A stretch of 64,000 nucleotides of DNA from Octopus sinensis. Taxonomy: Eukaryota. This document shows, in pieces, positions 41,091 to 54,418 of the stretch. The stretch is taken from NCBI RefSeq assembly GCF_006345805.1, contig NC_043007.1, positions 15,004,001 through 15,068,000 of the forward strand, written 5' to 3'. Every line of letters begins with the position of its first letter. Positions within the stretch are counted from its first letter, which is position 1. The notes under the pieces were generated by a model that searched no databases, was not told where the DNA came from, and worked only from the letters and a program-made list of their open reading frames with translations. The position numbers and the translations under genes were made by a program.

Positions 41091-41813
41091 ATTTTTCCTA
41101 GCCCATTCTTACTAATTTTGACAGCAATTTTGAAGGGAGGAATCAGTTGATTACATCAACGCCAGTCCTTGATTGATACTTATTTTGTCGACCTCGAGGA
41201 ATGAAAGGCGAAATTTAACCCCGGTGGAATTTAAAGTCAAAAAGTAACGAATCGGAAGATATGCCGCAGGGAATTTTATCCAACGCGCTAACGGTTCTTA
41301 TTTCTTTATTGCCCACAAGTAGCTAAACATAGAGGGGACAAACAAGGACAGACAAAGGGATTAAGTTGATTACATCGACCCCAGTGCATAACTGGTATTT
41401 AATTTATCGGCCCCGAAATGAGGAAAGGTAAAGTCGACCTCGGCGGAATTTGAACTCAGAACGTAACGACAGACGAAATACCTATTTCTTTATTACCCAC
41501 AAGGGGCTAAACACAGAGGGGACAAACAAGGACAGACAAACGGATTAAGTCGATTATATCGACTCCAGTGCGTAACTGGTACTTATTTAATCGACCCCGA
41601 AAGGATGAAAGGCAAAGTCAACCTCGGCGGAATTTGAACTCAGAACGTAACGGCAGACGAAATACCGCTAAGCATTTCGCCCAGCGCGCTAACGTTTCTG
41701 CCAGCTCTCCACCTTAGCGCTAACGATTCTGCCAGCTTGTTGCCTTCAGCTGTAGACTCCTGGTTTAATCTAGTTTCAGTTTTTATTAAGACAGATCGTA
41801 AAAATTGACTCAC

Positions 41814-42029
41814 CTGGATCACTGAAAGTCGACAGAATAAATGACGTCGGTGCGTTCCTCTTGCCTTTTGTTTTTTCGACAATCTCCACAGTCTTGTCTT
41901 TTACAGCCACAATTTCTTCTTTCATCGAACCGGTGCTGTCGATGACAAAAACTAGGGAACTGCGGGTGAGTCGAATGTTAAACAGCCCCTGGATCTGTTT
42001 GTGGGTCATGTTCTTAAATATTCCATGTT
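41814..42029 (-). CDS. VWA7: VWA7-like exon E, start of vWA domain (SSLVFVIDSTGSMKEEI...FSDP), phase 1-1
   Basis: Acceptor tttccag, donor GTGAGT, 216 nt; DxTGS MIDAS-type motif. Confidence 0.92.
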
Positions 42030-42070
42030 CTGGAAACATCGGAAAAAAGACAAAAACAAAACAGAAAGCA

Positions 42071-42213
42071 TGAGTATTATCATCATCATCACCATGATCA
42101 TCAGGATCATTATAATCGTGATCAAGATTAATCATTTCGTCGCCGTCGGCACTACCCTCATCATGACCATCCTCATCATGATCAGCATCATCAGCATCAC
42201 GACGACGACGACG

Positions 42214-42244
<31 letters not shown>

Positions 42245-43065
42245 ACATCATCATCATCATCATCATCACCATCACCACCACCATCACCATCATTATCATC
42301 ATCATCATCATGAGAATCAGCATCAGCATCAGCATCACCATCATCATCATCACCACCACCAGCCACCACCACCACCACCATCATCAGCAGCAGCAGCATC
42401 ACCACCACCACCACCACCTGAACGTACGCAAAGAGCCGGAACAAATGCCAGTAGGCATGTTCTCCGGCGGTCCTATGATTCAGCCGGTTCACCCGCTTAA
42501 TAGATGGAATGCGCACCAGGTAAGTATAAAGGTAGATTAAACAGAATGCAACACCTGTCTTTACTATGAATTCATAGCCTTGTACCAAAGTTAGAAATCA
42601 ACATGTCATTATCTGGATTACACACACACATGCACACACACACACTCACACACACACACTCACACCCTACACACTCTCACTCACACTCATACACACACAA
42701 ACTCACATCTGCACATTCACCCCCCCCACACACTCACTCACACACACAAACACACATCCACACACTCACACATACACACAAAACTCACACACACACAAAC
42801 ACACATCCACACACTCACACATACACTCACACCTCCCACACACTCACTCACACTCACACATACACACAAAACTCACACACACACACGCACACACACAAAC
42901 ACACATCCACACACTCACACATACACTCACACCTCCCACACACTCACTCACACTCACACACACAAACTTTCACACACACACAAACTCACATCTACACACT
43001 CACACACACAATCACCCCCCCACACACTCACTCACACACACACACACACACACATACACACACAC
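42071..43065. repeat. Compound (CAT/CAC/CAG)n then CA-rich low-complexity tract
   Basis: Direct reading. Confidence 0.95.
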
Positions 43066-43503
43066 AGAGTCTAATACTATTGTCTATAGACACCCTTCTC
43101 TATCTTTTGTTTATTACCACTTTCGAAGTTTCCAAATTATTTAACTAAATATTTTGTTGTATTTCAGAAGGGTCTTTATGCCGTTGATAATAAACACATG
43201 CACTGGTTATATTTCACTTCTTTTTTTAATGCCTCTAGCAGCAAACTTGGGAATGAAGCAGGCATGTCATTGATAATTCACGAATAGTGCCGAAATGACT
43301 TTAATAATCCTAGCTGTTTAACTGATCAAACGACTGAGAAGTTAATTGGCTAAATGGCTAACCAATAGATTAAGACAAATAATAAAGCGAAACAGAACCA
43401 GAGCGTGTGTTTATTATTGACCGTCCCGAGAAACAACAAAATTAACACATGAGTTCACGTGGGTTCACATCAAAAATTTTGTAAAACAAATATAAGAATG
43501 AAA

Positions 43504-43899
43504 TCTCTCTCTATATATAAAAAGGTGAAGTTGTCTGTGTATGGCAGGTTTGGTAGCCTTCAACTAACACTATCTCCTCCGAGACCCTGCGGCACAAGTT
43601 GACCAAAATTGAGAGTATGATAGAAGAAGGCTTACTCTTATTTCCGTAGAAGAAAAAATTCGAATTGGACCATGTTAACACCAAAAATTATTTATATGAA
43701 AAAGGTGCTTTTTTCCTATGAAAATCCCTATTCTTTTACGATTTTTTGACTGCTGTGTCGCCATTTTTCGGTGTATTTCAACCAGAAAAATGTTCACTTA
43801 AAGAGAATAACAAGCTATATAATGTAAAATATTTACTTTTCAAAAATTCCAATTCTAAAGGGTCGAAACAAACCCGACAACGCCGGTCAATACTGCTAG
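43504..43899 (+). mobile_element. Non-autonomous Helitron (same family as 46819 and 49023)
   Basis: TC start, subterminal hairpin, CTAG end, A|T target, shared internal sequence. Confidence 0.8.
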
Positions 43900-43976
43900 T
43901 ATAATGATACGTAAAAGTATATAAAATATGTTTGGCTCAAATCCATTTGGTTTAACAAAACAGACGTGGTACTAAC

Positions 43977-44162
43977 TTTCGTGAGTAAAAAACTTCTCTG
44001 TTGCTTTAATTGCTGCCCATGCTGCAGTGCGGTGAAGATAGTGATGTGGTGACAATACTGGATTGCTGGAATCTTTGTTTATTCCACCAGATGGCGTTTC
44101 TTTCCGGCTGTTATCGAATTTTCCACCATGACTGCATTTACCTTCATTTGGATTTTTTTGCA
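43977..44162 (-). CDS. VWA7: VWA7-like exon D (QKNPNEGKCSHGGKFD...GGINKDSSNPVLSPHHYLH...FFTHE), phase 1-1
   Basis: Polypyrimidine tract + CAG, donor GTTAGT, 186 nt; characteristic CSHGG/GGINKD/SPHH motifs. Confidence 0.92.
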
Positions 44163-44194
44163 CTGTGGAAAGAGAAGGAAAAAAAATTATACAG

Positions 44195-44432
44195 TATGTA
44201 TGTATGTATGTATGTATGTATGTATGTATGTATGTATGTATGCATGCATTTATGTATATATATATATGTATGTATGTATGTATGCATGCATGTATGTATG
44301 TATGCATGCATATATGCATATATATATATATGTATTTATGTATGTATGTATGTAAGCATGCATGCATGCATGTATGTATGTATGTATGTATGTATGTATG
44401 TATGTATGCATGCATGTATATATGTATGTGTG

Positions 44433-44464
<32 letters not shown>

Positions 44465-44524
44465 CATGCATGCATGTATATGTGTATATATGTGTGTATG
44501 TATGTATGTATGTATGTATATATG

Positions 44525-44556
<32 letters not shown>

Positions 44557-45000
44557 CATGCATGCATGTATATGTATGTATATATGTATGCATATATGTA
44601 TGCATGTCTGTATGTATGTATGTATGCATTTATGTATGTATGTATATATGTATGTATGTATGCATGCATGCGTGTATGCATGTATGTATGTATGTATGTA
44701 TGTATGCATGCATGTATGTATGTATGTATGTATGTATGCATGCATGCATGTATGTATGTATGTATGTTTGTATGTATGTATGTATGTATGTATGAATGTA
44801 TGTATGTATGTATGTATGTATGCATGCATGTATGTATGTATATATGTATGCATATATGTATGCATGTCTGTATGCATGTCTGTATGTATGCATGTATGTA
44901 TGTATATATGTATGCATGCATGCATGCATGTATGTATGTATGTATGTATGTATGTATGTATGTATGTATGTATGTATGATGTATGTATGTATGTATATGT
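44195..45000. repeat. Long imperfect (TATG)n/(TGCA) satellite, about 800 bp
   Basis: Direct reading; source of the MYVC/HTYI pseudo-ORFs. Confidence 0.97.
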
Positions 45001-45077
45001 CTAGCTAAAATGATTTTGCTTAGGTATGGCGATACTAAAAACCAGTTGTAAGAACTTAATATACTTATGCATTAGAG

Positions 45078-45324
45078 CAGTGGTTCCCAAAATGGGCGAT
45101 ATTTCTCCCTTGGGGGTGTGTGCAAATTTCAAAGAATTTGAAGAAAAGTGGGGCGATAATGGGGTGGCGATTCATGTAAAACATCAAAATAATGGGTCCA
45201 TTAGATTATTTGTGAAATACAGATGCTTTGAATTTGCTTCAGAAAGGGGTCTATGTTTGTGACCGTTAAGAATTCGGCTTGGGTGTCAAAGTGGCAGCAG
45301 CCCAAAAAAGTTTGGGAACCACTG
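45078..45324. mobile_element. hAT (Charlie-like) MITE
   Basis: 14 bp TIR CAGTGGTTCCCAAA and 8 bp TSD CATTAGAG (45070-45077, 45325-45332). Confidence 0.92.
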
Positions 45325-46818
45325 CATTAGAGTATTGTGTCAGGAGACTACAGTTTATTTCTTTACTGCTCACAAGGGGCTAAACACAGAGGGGACAAAC
45401 AAGGATAGACACACGGATTAAGTCGATTATATCGACCCCAGTGCGTAACTGGTACTTAATTTATCGACCCCGAAAGGATGAAAGGCAAAGTCGACCTCAG
45501 TGGAGGCACATGGCCTAGTGGTTAGAGTAGCGGACTCACGGTCGAGGGATCGCGGGTTCGAACCTCTGACCGGGCGATGTGTGTGTTTATGAACGAAACG
45601 CCTAAGCTTCACGCGGCTCCGGCAGAAGGTAATGGTGAACTTCTGCTGACTCTTTCGCCACAACTTTCTCTCACTCTTTCCTCCTGCATCTTGCAGCTCA
45701 TCTGCGAGAGATTGGTGTCCCGTCGAGGTGGGGAACCTATACGCCAAAGAAACCGGGAAACCGGCCCTTATGAGCCAGGCATGGCTCGAGAAGGAACAAA
45801 CAAAGTCGACCTCGGCGGAATTTGAACTCAGAACGTAACGGCAGACGAAATACGGCTACGCATTTCGCCCGGCGTACTAACGTTTCTGCCAGCTCGCCGC
45901 CTTTAAGACTACAGAGCTTAATATCTTAGTGGAAACACTCCGTCGGTTACGACGATGAGTGTTCCGGTTGATCCGATTCAACGGAACAGCCTGCTCGTGA
46001 AATTAACGTGTAAGTGGCTGAGCACTCCACAGACACGTGCACCCTTAACGTAGTTCTCGGGGATATTCAGCGTGACACAGAGAGTGACAAGGCCGGCCCC
46101 TTGAAATACAGGTACAACAGAAACAGGAAGTAAGAGTGAGAGAAAGTTGTGGTGAAAGAGTACAGCAGGGATCACCACCATCCCCTGCCGGAGCCTCGTG
46201 GAGCTTTTAGGTGTTTTCGCTCAATAAACACTCAGAACGCCCGGTCTGGGAATCGAAACCGCGATCCTACGACCGCGAGTCCGCTGCCCTAACCACTGGG
46301 CCATTGCGCCTCCACTAGAGCTTAATATCAATTAATGAATGACAAAAATACATGAGTTACGTAATAACTTTAATTAGCTTATAGCTTTCAGAGCTGATTG
46401 CTTGTGCAACATCCTATAGCTCCTCAGAACCATTAAAAGGAAGTGTATGGTTATTACGGAAAGCAGGATGTCCATGTTAGGGTTGATAAATCCATAAAGT
46501 TATAAACAAAAGCAACAAACATTTATTGATAGAAGAATTCAATACTTTTAGTAGTATTTAGATTTCTATATTTTGAGTTAAGCGGAACTTTAAACGTTCA
46601 CTTTTGGCAAGCGGCACGAGGAAAAAATCGAAGTCCCAGACAATCCAAAGCAATCATTGATATTTAGATTGATGATACGGATGATATCCAGCTTGCACAT
46701 CTATAAACCAGTTTTGTAGAACAGAAAAAAAAAATGAAAAATGAAAAATAAAAGCGGGAAGAGGTTTCCAGACGGTTGCAATTTTGTGGGGAGAAGAGTG
46801 ATGAAATAAACAAATAAA

Positions 46819-47253
46819 TCTATACATATAAAGCTGAAGTTGTCTGTGTATGGCAGGTTTGGTAGCCTTCAACTAACACTATCTCCTCCGAGACCCTGCG
46901 GCACAAGTTGACCAAAATTGAGAGTATGATAGAAGAAGGCTTGCTCTTTATTCCGTAGAAGAGAAAATTCAAATCGACCATGTTAACACCAAAAATTATT
47001 TACATCAAAAGGTGCTTTTTTTCTATGAAAATCCCTATTTTTTACGATTTTTTGACTGCTGTGTCGCCATTTTACCGTGTATTTCAACCAGAAAAATGTT
47101 CACTTAAAGAGAATAACAAGCTACATAATGCAAACTTTTTACTTTTCAAAAAAGATTGAAACTATGTCAAAACTTTGTTAGCGCGACATCAAAGTCTGCC
47201 GTTTTAAGCGCAACTAAAAAGCAAACTCGAGCAACGCCGGGCTATACTGCTAG
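46819..47253 (+). mobile_element. Non-autonomous Helitron
   Basis: Same termini and internal sequence as the 43504 copy. Confidence 0.8.
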
Positions 47254-47519
47254 TATATAAATAAAATCAAGGTCTTCATCGCGAGAAATGGAAGGAGGAT
47301 GGTGAAAGGAAGAGAGCATGATGAAACTCGTGAGACTGAACGGGAAAAGTATGCAGTTAATTTGTCAAGACGAGCAGAAGCTGTTGTAGTAACGGTGCAG
47401 TAGAGGAGATAGAGGAACAGAACAACATATTACTGAATGAAAAAACTGGAGCGTGTTAATGAATGAAACAATTTAGTCTTTGAGAACAGTAAAAAGCAAA
47501 ACGAAAAAGGTAAAATTAC

Positions 47520-47647
47520 CGTTAACTTTTTTGCCATTCCAGTAAACAGGACGGTTCCACCGTGGTTTCATAGTGTCTTGGCCACTTCGGTAACCACTTG
47601 TGAGGATGTTTCTTACGATGATGTTATTTCGGCATGTTCCAGTAACT
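47520..47647 (-). CDS. VWA7: VWA7-like exon C (VTGTCRNNIIVRNILTSGYRSGQD...NGKKVN), phase 2-1
   Basis: Acceptor acacag, donor GTAATT, 128 nt; C..N..LTSGY motif. Confidence 0.8.
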
Positions 47648-48456
47648 CTGTGTTGGTAAATGGAAATTAATTAGGTCTAAGAGAGTACGTAACGCTTGTC
47701 GTTATGTATATTTTTATTATTCTTTATGTATCTTTTACTTGTTTCAGTTATTAGATTGCGACCAGGCTGGGGCACTGTCTTGAAGAATTTTTAGTCGAAT
47801 GAGTCGACTGCAGTACTTATATTTTCTTAAAGCCTAGTGCTTATTCCATCAGTATCTTTTGCCGAACCGCTAAGTTACGGGGACGTAAACACACCAACAT
47901 CGGTTGTGAAGCGGTGGCGGAGAACACACACACATACCCCCCCCACACGCACGCAAACAACGGGCTTCTTTCAGTTCCCGTAAACAAGATCCATTCACAA
48001 GGTTTTGGTCTGCCCGAGATTTTAGAAGAAGACACTTGTTCACCGTGTCATGCTGTGGGACTGAACCCGGAACCATGTGGTTGAGAAACAAACTTCGTAC
48101 AACACAGTTACGCTTGCCCCTTATGTATATTTTTATACATACATGAAACATATACGCAAGCGTGTGTATATATATATATATATGTAGGAGGGGAAAAATT
48201 ATAATAAGGCAGAATGTGAAATTGAAATTAAATTTTAATAAAAATAGGTGTATGAAAAATTAAAAAGAAAAAATAATAAATCTCGTATGCAAGCCGGTGC
48301 ATACGAGATTTATTATTTATTAGTTTTTATTTTTTTATTTTTCATACACGCATTTTTATTAAAATTTACTTTCAATTTAGCATTCTGCCTTATAATTTTT
48401 CCTCTCCTATCATTTTTCCACGTGCGGTTAACACAACCCCACTATTTACTGACTTA

Positions 48457-48512
<56 letters not shown>

Positions 48513-48549
48513 TATTGGCACTGATGTTGCAACATTCGATAGTTTGTCT

Positions 48550-48628
48550 AGGTGAATATAGCTGATGAGAACTAATCAAATTTACGTTAACACGTAATTT
48601 GTTCGAAACCTAGGTCCTAGATTATCCT
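48550..48628 (+). ncRNA. Predicted type I hammerhead ribozyme (canonical core, GUC site)
   Basis: CTGATGA 48562-48568, stem II GAAC/GTTC, GAAA 48605-48608, palindromic ACCTAGGT, C17 at 48616, imperfect stem I. Confidence 0.7.
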
Positions 48629-49022
48629 CATCTGTGTTGTACATTTATTTAAAGTTCTTCCTACAGGTTAAATGAATTTTTTTTATTTTGGCCACCCGCA
48701 AACAACGGAAGTATAAACCCTTTTGTTACAAGAAATAATGTCGTGCTGATGACGGCTAATGATACAGGAATACATGTCCTTGACTATTTTCTTATCTCCA
48801 TACAATAAACTTCCCTTTTCCCAAATAGATTGCTTGATATTTTTCGAACTTTGCGAAGATTATTTCCCCTTCCCAATGGAGGTGATCTTAATTGACATTT
48901 GGTAATTACACAATCCTGTGGAGACGGAGATAATTTTAATAAATCAAGAACTTATGCTTTATGGCAATCTCTCTCTATATAAAGCTATATATACAAATGG
49001 ACCACTGCAATTTCGATTCTCA

Positions 49023-49417
49023 TCTCTACATATATAAAGTTGAAGTTGTCTGTGTATGGCAGGTTTGGTAGCCTTCAACTAACACTATCTCCTCCGAGAC
49101 CCTGCGGCGCAAGTTGACCAAAATTGAAAGTATGATAGAAGAAGGCTTGCTCTTCCTTTCGTAGAAGAAAAAATTCAAATCGGACCATGTTAACACCAAA
49201 AATTATTTCCATCAAAAGGTGCTTTTTTTTCTATGAAAATCCCTATTTTTTACGATTTTTTGACTGCTGTGTCGCCATTTTTCGGTGTATTTCAACCAGA
49301 AAAAATGTTCACTTAAAGAGAATAACAAGCTACAAATAAAGCAAAATTTTTACTTTTCAAAAATTCCAATTCTAAAGGGTCGAAACAAACCCGAGCAGCG
49401 CTGGGCGATACTGCTAG
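49023..49417 (+). mobile_element. Non-autonomous Helitron
   Basis: Same termini and internal sequence as the 43504 copy. Confidence 0.8.
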
Positions 49418-49518
49418 TATTTTATAAAAAAGCACGTTTATAATCTGTCCCCACTTATCTCGCGCTCTCAATTTCTCTCTCCTTCTCAAAGAAAACACAC
49501 ACGCACACACATACTTAC

Positions 49519-49579
49519 GAGCAGTTTTTACATGTGTCTTGAAATGTGTCTGCGACATAAAACTCTCGGTCTTCCATGC
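49519..49579 (-). CDS. VWA7: VWA7-like exon B (MEDREFYVADTFQDTCKNC), phase 1-2
   Basis: Acceptor ttttcaaag, donor GTAAGT, 61 nt; TCxxC motif; phases match neighbours. Confidence 0.8.
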
Positions 49580-50894
49580 CTTTGAAAATAAGAAAAAAGA
49601 AAAAGAAAGAAAATCAATAGAGTTACTTTTATGCGAATAATGGTGTATAATACTTGATAAATGGAAGCAATACAGAAATACATATAAAGAATAAAAACTG
49701 TGTTTCTAGAATGTCCTATATATATATATTCATCTTTTCGCGAGGAATTACACTTTCGTTCTTTGATATGGTAAAAAATCTTTTTAACATCACACTTAAT
49801 CTGTAAGCAGGACGATGTCTTCAATATATATATTTTAAGGTGGTAATATATTTCTATACGCCAATATAGTTTTTCTACCCATATACGTCTGTTATATTTT
49901 TTATATATTTATGTACTCTTACTCTTTTACTCTTTTACTTGTTTCAGTCATTCGACTGCGGCCATGCTGGAGCACCGCCTTTAGTCGATCAAATCGACCC
50001 CGGGACTTATTCTTTGTAAGCCCAGTACTTATTCTATCGGTCTCTTTTGCCGAACCGCTAAGTGACGGGGACGTAAACACACCAGCATCGGTTATCAAGC
50101 AATGCTTGGGGGACAAACACAGACACACAAACACACACACACAGATATATATACATATATACATATATACGACAGGCTTCTTTTCAGTTTCCGTCTACCA
50201 AATCCACTCACAAGGCATTGGTCGGCCCGAGGCTATAGCAGAAGACACTTGCCCAAGATGCCACGCAGTGGAACTGAACCCGCAACCATGTGGTTGGTTA
50301 GCAAGCTACTTATTAACGACCAGTTACGCACTGGGGTCAATATAATCGACTTAAGCCGTTTGTCTGTCCTTGTTTGTCCTCTCTGTGTTTAGCCCCTTGT
50401 GGGTAGTAAAGAAATAGGTATATATATGGAAATGTGTATGCAAAGTAACGTTAGAAAATCCCTTGCTTTGTTACTAGTTTAATTCATACTGTTTTAACTG
50501 ACTTTCTAGACTGAGATAGAGAAACATTGTACTTAAAATCTGAGCCAGAAGTATGACGTGAAAAAATGTAGTTCATTCACAAGGAAGCTGGACACACCTT
50601 CCTCTTAAGCGACACTATTCTTAATGCCAATTAATTATCGTCATTAACCTATAACTCCTCCGCTTAGCTTATGCAGCTAACAACATGGCTAGACGGTTGT
50701 GCAGCTAACAACATGGCTAGACCTTTGTGCTGGCTTACTTTCGTTTTTAATGTCTTCAGCATATATTATACTCCTGAGAAAATGAATGCTTGTGGAAACT
50801 TGGAGTAGTCGCGCAAACGGCATGAGTACATTAGTGATCATACTCAATAATGCATTGAGTATTTACACTCCCATTTGTTATGATATTATAATTT

Positions 50895-50953
<59 letters not shown>

Positions 50954-50980
50954 CACATACATACATATATATATATATAT

Positions 50981-51012
<32 letters not shown>

Positions 51013-51013
51013 A

Positions 51014-51046
<33 letters not shown>

Positions 51047-51120
51047 GCTCATTTAATTGAGCACTTACATAGCATTCCTATTAAACATTTTGTTCCTGAT
51101 AAGAAACAATCACTTTATTA

Positions 51121-51158
<38 letters not shown>

Positions 51159-51186
51159 TATATATATATATATATATGTATATATA

Positions 51187-51225
<39 letters not shown>

Positions 51226-51251
51226 GTATGTGTATGTATGTATATATATAT

Positions 51252-51289
<38 letters not shown>

Positions 51290-52155
51290 CACGTATGTGT
51301 GTGTGTGTAGGTGGGGTATATAGGTATGGATAAATTGATAAATTTCTACCAGAAATCAAACGTAGCTGCAAGTGCCAAAAAAGTTAATTGTTCACGTGTG
51401 TCTGACAACAAATTCTTAATTTTCCGTATCAGATTATGGTTAAGTGTTACACTATTATGAATAGGAAACGTCTAGAATAAGCTGTAAAATTTGCAATAAC
51501 CCTTCATATGACGCCAGCTACGAGAGAACTAAATACTTATTGTTACCAATCCTTCTTAGTAGTAAAAACTATAGACAAGAGTAGGTTGGCACCAAGTATA
51601 TGGCGCGTAATAAATGAAATCAAAATGCCTCTTTGATAAACAAAAGAAATAAAACGCGGTCAAGGCTGTAAAACAAAGAGGAAAAAACGGGAAAGGGCAC
51701 TTAATTGTTTAAAATCTTAACTTAGTGTTTCTCATAGCAAAGAGGATGGTTGTAACCATGAGTGAAAACGTGGTTTTGGGGGTTGGGAGGAACTGACATG
51801 TTTAATATAATCAGGATGGTTTCAAACATTTTAAACTCGTCCAACACATTGGGGAAGGGGAAAAGGAATTTATATAGGGCAAAATCTTTTGTAAGATGTG
51901 GGGAGATTTCATTAACATTTAACATTTCATTAACATTTAACATTTTTGAAGGGTAGGCAGGTGTTTGTCAGTTTGAGAAATTTTGCTCTAACTGGCTGGT
52001 GAGATCAACGGGATAAAAGGTTCACTTTAAATACCTGTAGATTGACTTCTAGAAAGATAGATATTAAATGGAAGTTAATGGTCTAAAGCAGGTTTAAGAA
52101 TAACAACGAAATATTTACTGATGGAACTGGGAAGGCAATTCTGAGAGCAGAGTCA

Positions 52156-52262
<107 letters not shown>

Positions 52263-54217
52263 GCATACACACACACACACACACACACACATAAATATAT
52301 GTATGTATGTATTATAAAATTCATGTTTATTGGGATTTTAAGTTCACTTAACGGCCTATTCATCCAGTCTGGCTGAATAAATAGCTTGACGTTTCGAGCA
52401 TAGCTCTTCGTCGGAAAGGAGAAAGGTGTGGTTAATAATTATATATATATATATATATTTGAAAAAGTTCATTATAGGTATAAATATACCATAAACAATT
52501 ATAAAAATGGGGAGATGTTAAATCATCAAAATTAACTTTAAGAAGTACATACGAACGTTTCAAAGGGCAATACAGATATGTAAGAAAAAATAATAGTAAT
52601 AATTATATTTAATGTTATGTATTACCATTCTCGTCAGTGTGAAGAACTTAAGGAAAAAATATCCAAAAAAGTTATTACTAAAAATCAAGAAGGAAAAACA
52701 AATGGGGTAACAGGGAAAATTTAAACGGATATTTACAAATAAGTTGTAAAAGGGAAAATTAAGAGAAACACATGTCAATGTGTATGCAAGTCTATTATTC
52801 AAAAAATCTTTAAATTAAATTGGTTAACGGATATATTAAAAAAATAAATAGTAAAAGAGCGAGATAAAACAGAATGTAAATAAAAAAAAATCAATCACAC
52901 GTGTCTAGCAAATACAAACATCACGTTCTGTAACAGAAAAAAATTATAGAGCCCTACACGTATATATAGTTATTTTGAAAAAAAAAAATACTATAATAAC
53001 AGTAAGCGTCTAAGAACATAAAAAAACTATATTCATATTGATTTAGTTTAAAAACTTCTTTTTTGTGTACGTGTATACGTATTTATTCCTTGTAAATTTT
53101 TTCCTTCATATATTTTTTCTGTTTTTATTCTTTGAAAATTATCTCCCCTACACTGGAAATCTTTTAAATGGAGGATATAATTTCTTTAGCAGTCATGTTT
53201 ATTATTTTTTTCTTTTCTACTCTAGGCACAAGGCCTGAAATTTTGGGGCAGGGGCTAGTCGATTAGATCAACCTCAGTATGCAACTGGTACTTAATTTAT
53301 CGACCCCGAAAGGATGAAAGGCAAAGTCGACTTCGGCGGATTATTAACTCAGTACGTAAAGACAGACGAAATACCTATTTCTTTACTACCCACAAGGGGC
53401 TAAACACAGAGAGGACAAACAAGGACAAACAAACGGATTAAGTCGATTATACCTACCCCAGTGCGTAATTGGTACTTATTTAATCGACCCCGAAAGGATG
53501 AAAGGCAAAGTCGACCTCGGCGGAATTTGAACTCAGAACGTTGCGGCAGACGAAATACTGCTAAGCATTTCGCCCGGCGTGCTAACGTTTCTGCCAGCTC
53601 GCCGCCTGCACTACTAAACCATATAGCCTTAACCTCTGACCGTGTCTTACTTAAACTTCCAAGCGGCTCAGAAATTGAAGAGGAGCGATGTGTTTCCTGT
53701 CTGTAAACAGGAAGTTTTACGTTTGGGACACAAATTTGACAATGTTATACTTACGAGAAATACAGATTATGTTACACCACAGACACCACAGACACCAACA
53801 ACAGAGAAGACAGAACAGTCAAGAACGACAAGAAGCGCATATTAGTAAATATGAATAGTTAATTGGGTTGCCGAAAGAGGTGGGATAAGAGTTGTGTGAT
53901 TCTCGAAGTAGATGTAATCAGATGTGGGTTCAGGAAAAGTAAAAGTTTAGACGACATCGACGGCGATGACAACAAAAGGAATAATTTTAGGAATAGCTTT
54001 TATTGGGAAAAGGTCACTCGGTCAAAGAGATTTAAATTACGACTTCCGGTTTCAGAGCAATGAAAGCGATGTCGATTTAATTGATATATATATATGTATA
54101 TATACATACATACATATATATATATATGTACACACACACACACACACACGCGCACACACATATATATATAAATATACACACACATATGTATATATGTGTG
54201 TGTGTATGTTTCAGAAT

Positions 54218-54307
<90 letters not shown>

Positions 54308-54358
54308 CTTTCTCTCTTTCTGTCTCTCTCTGTGTCTCTGTCTGTCTCTCACTCACTC

Positions 54359-54418
<60 letters not shown>

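Noticed and set aside
48740-48784. Second hammerhead-like string (CTGATGA...GAATACATGTC) near the strong motif
   Set aside because: Stem II has about 1 bp and a U interrupts GAAA; too weak to call
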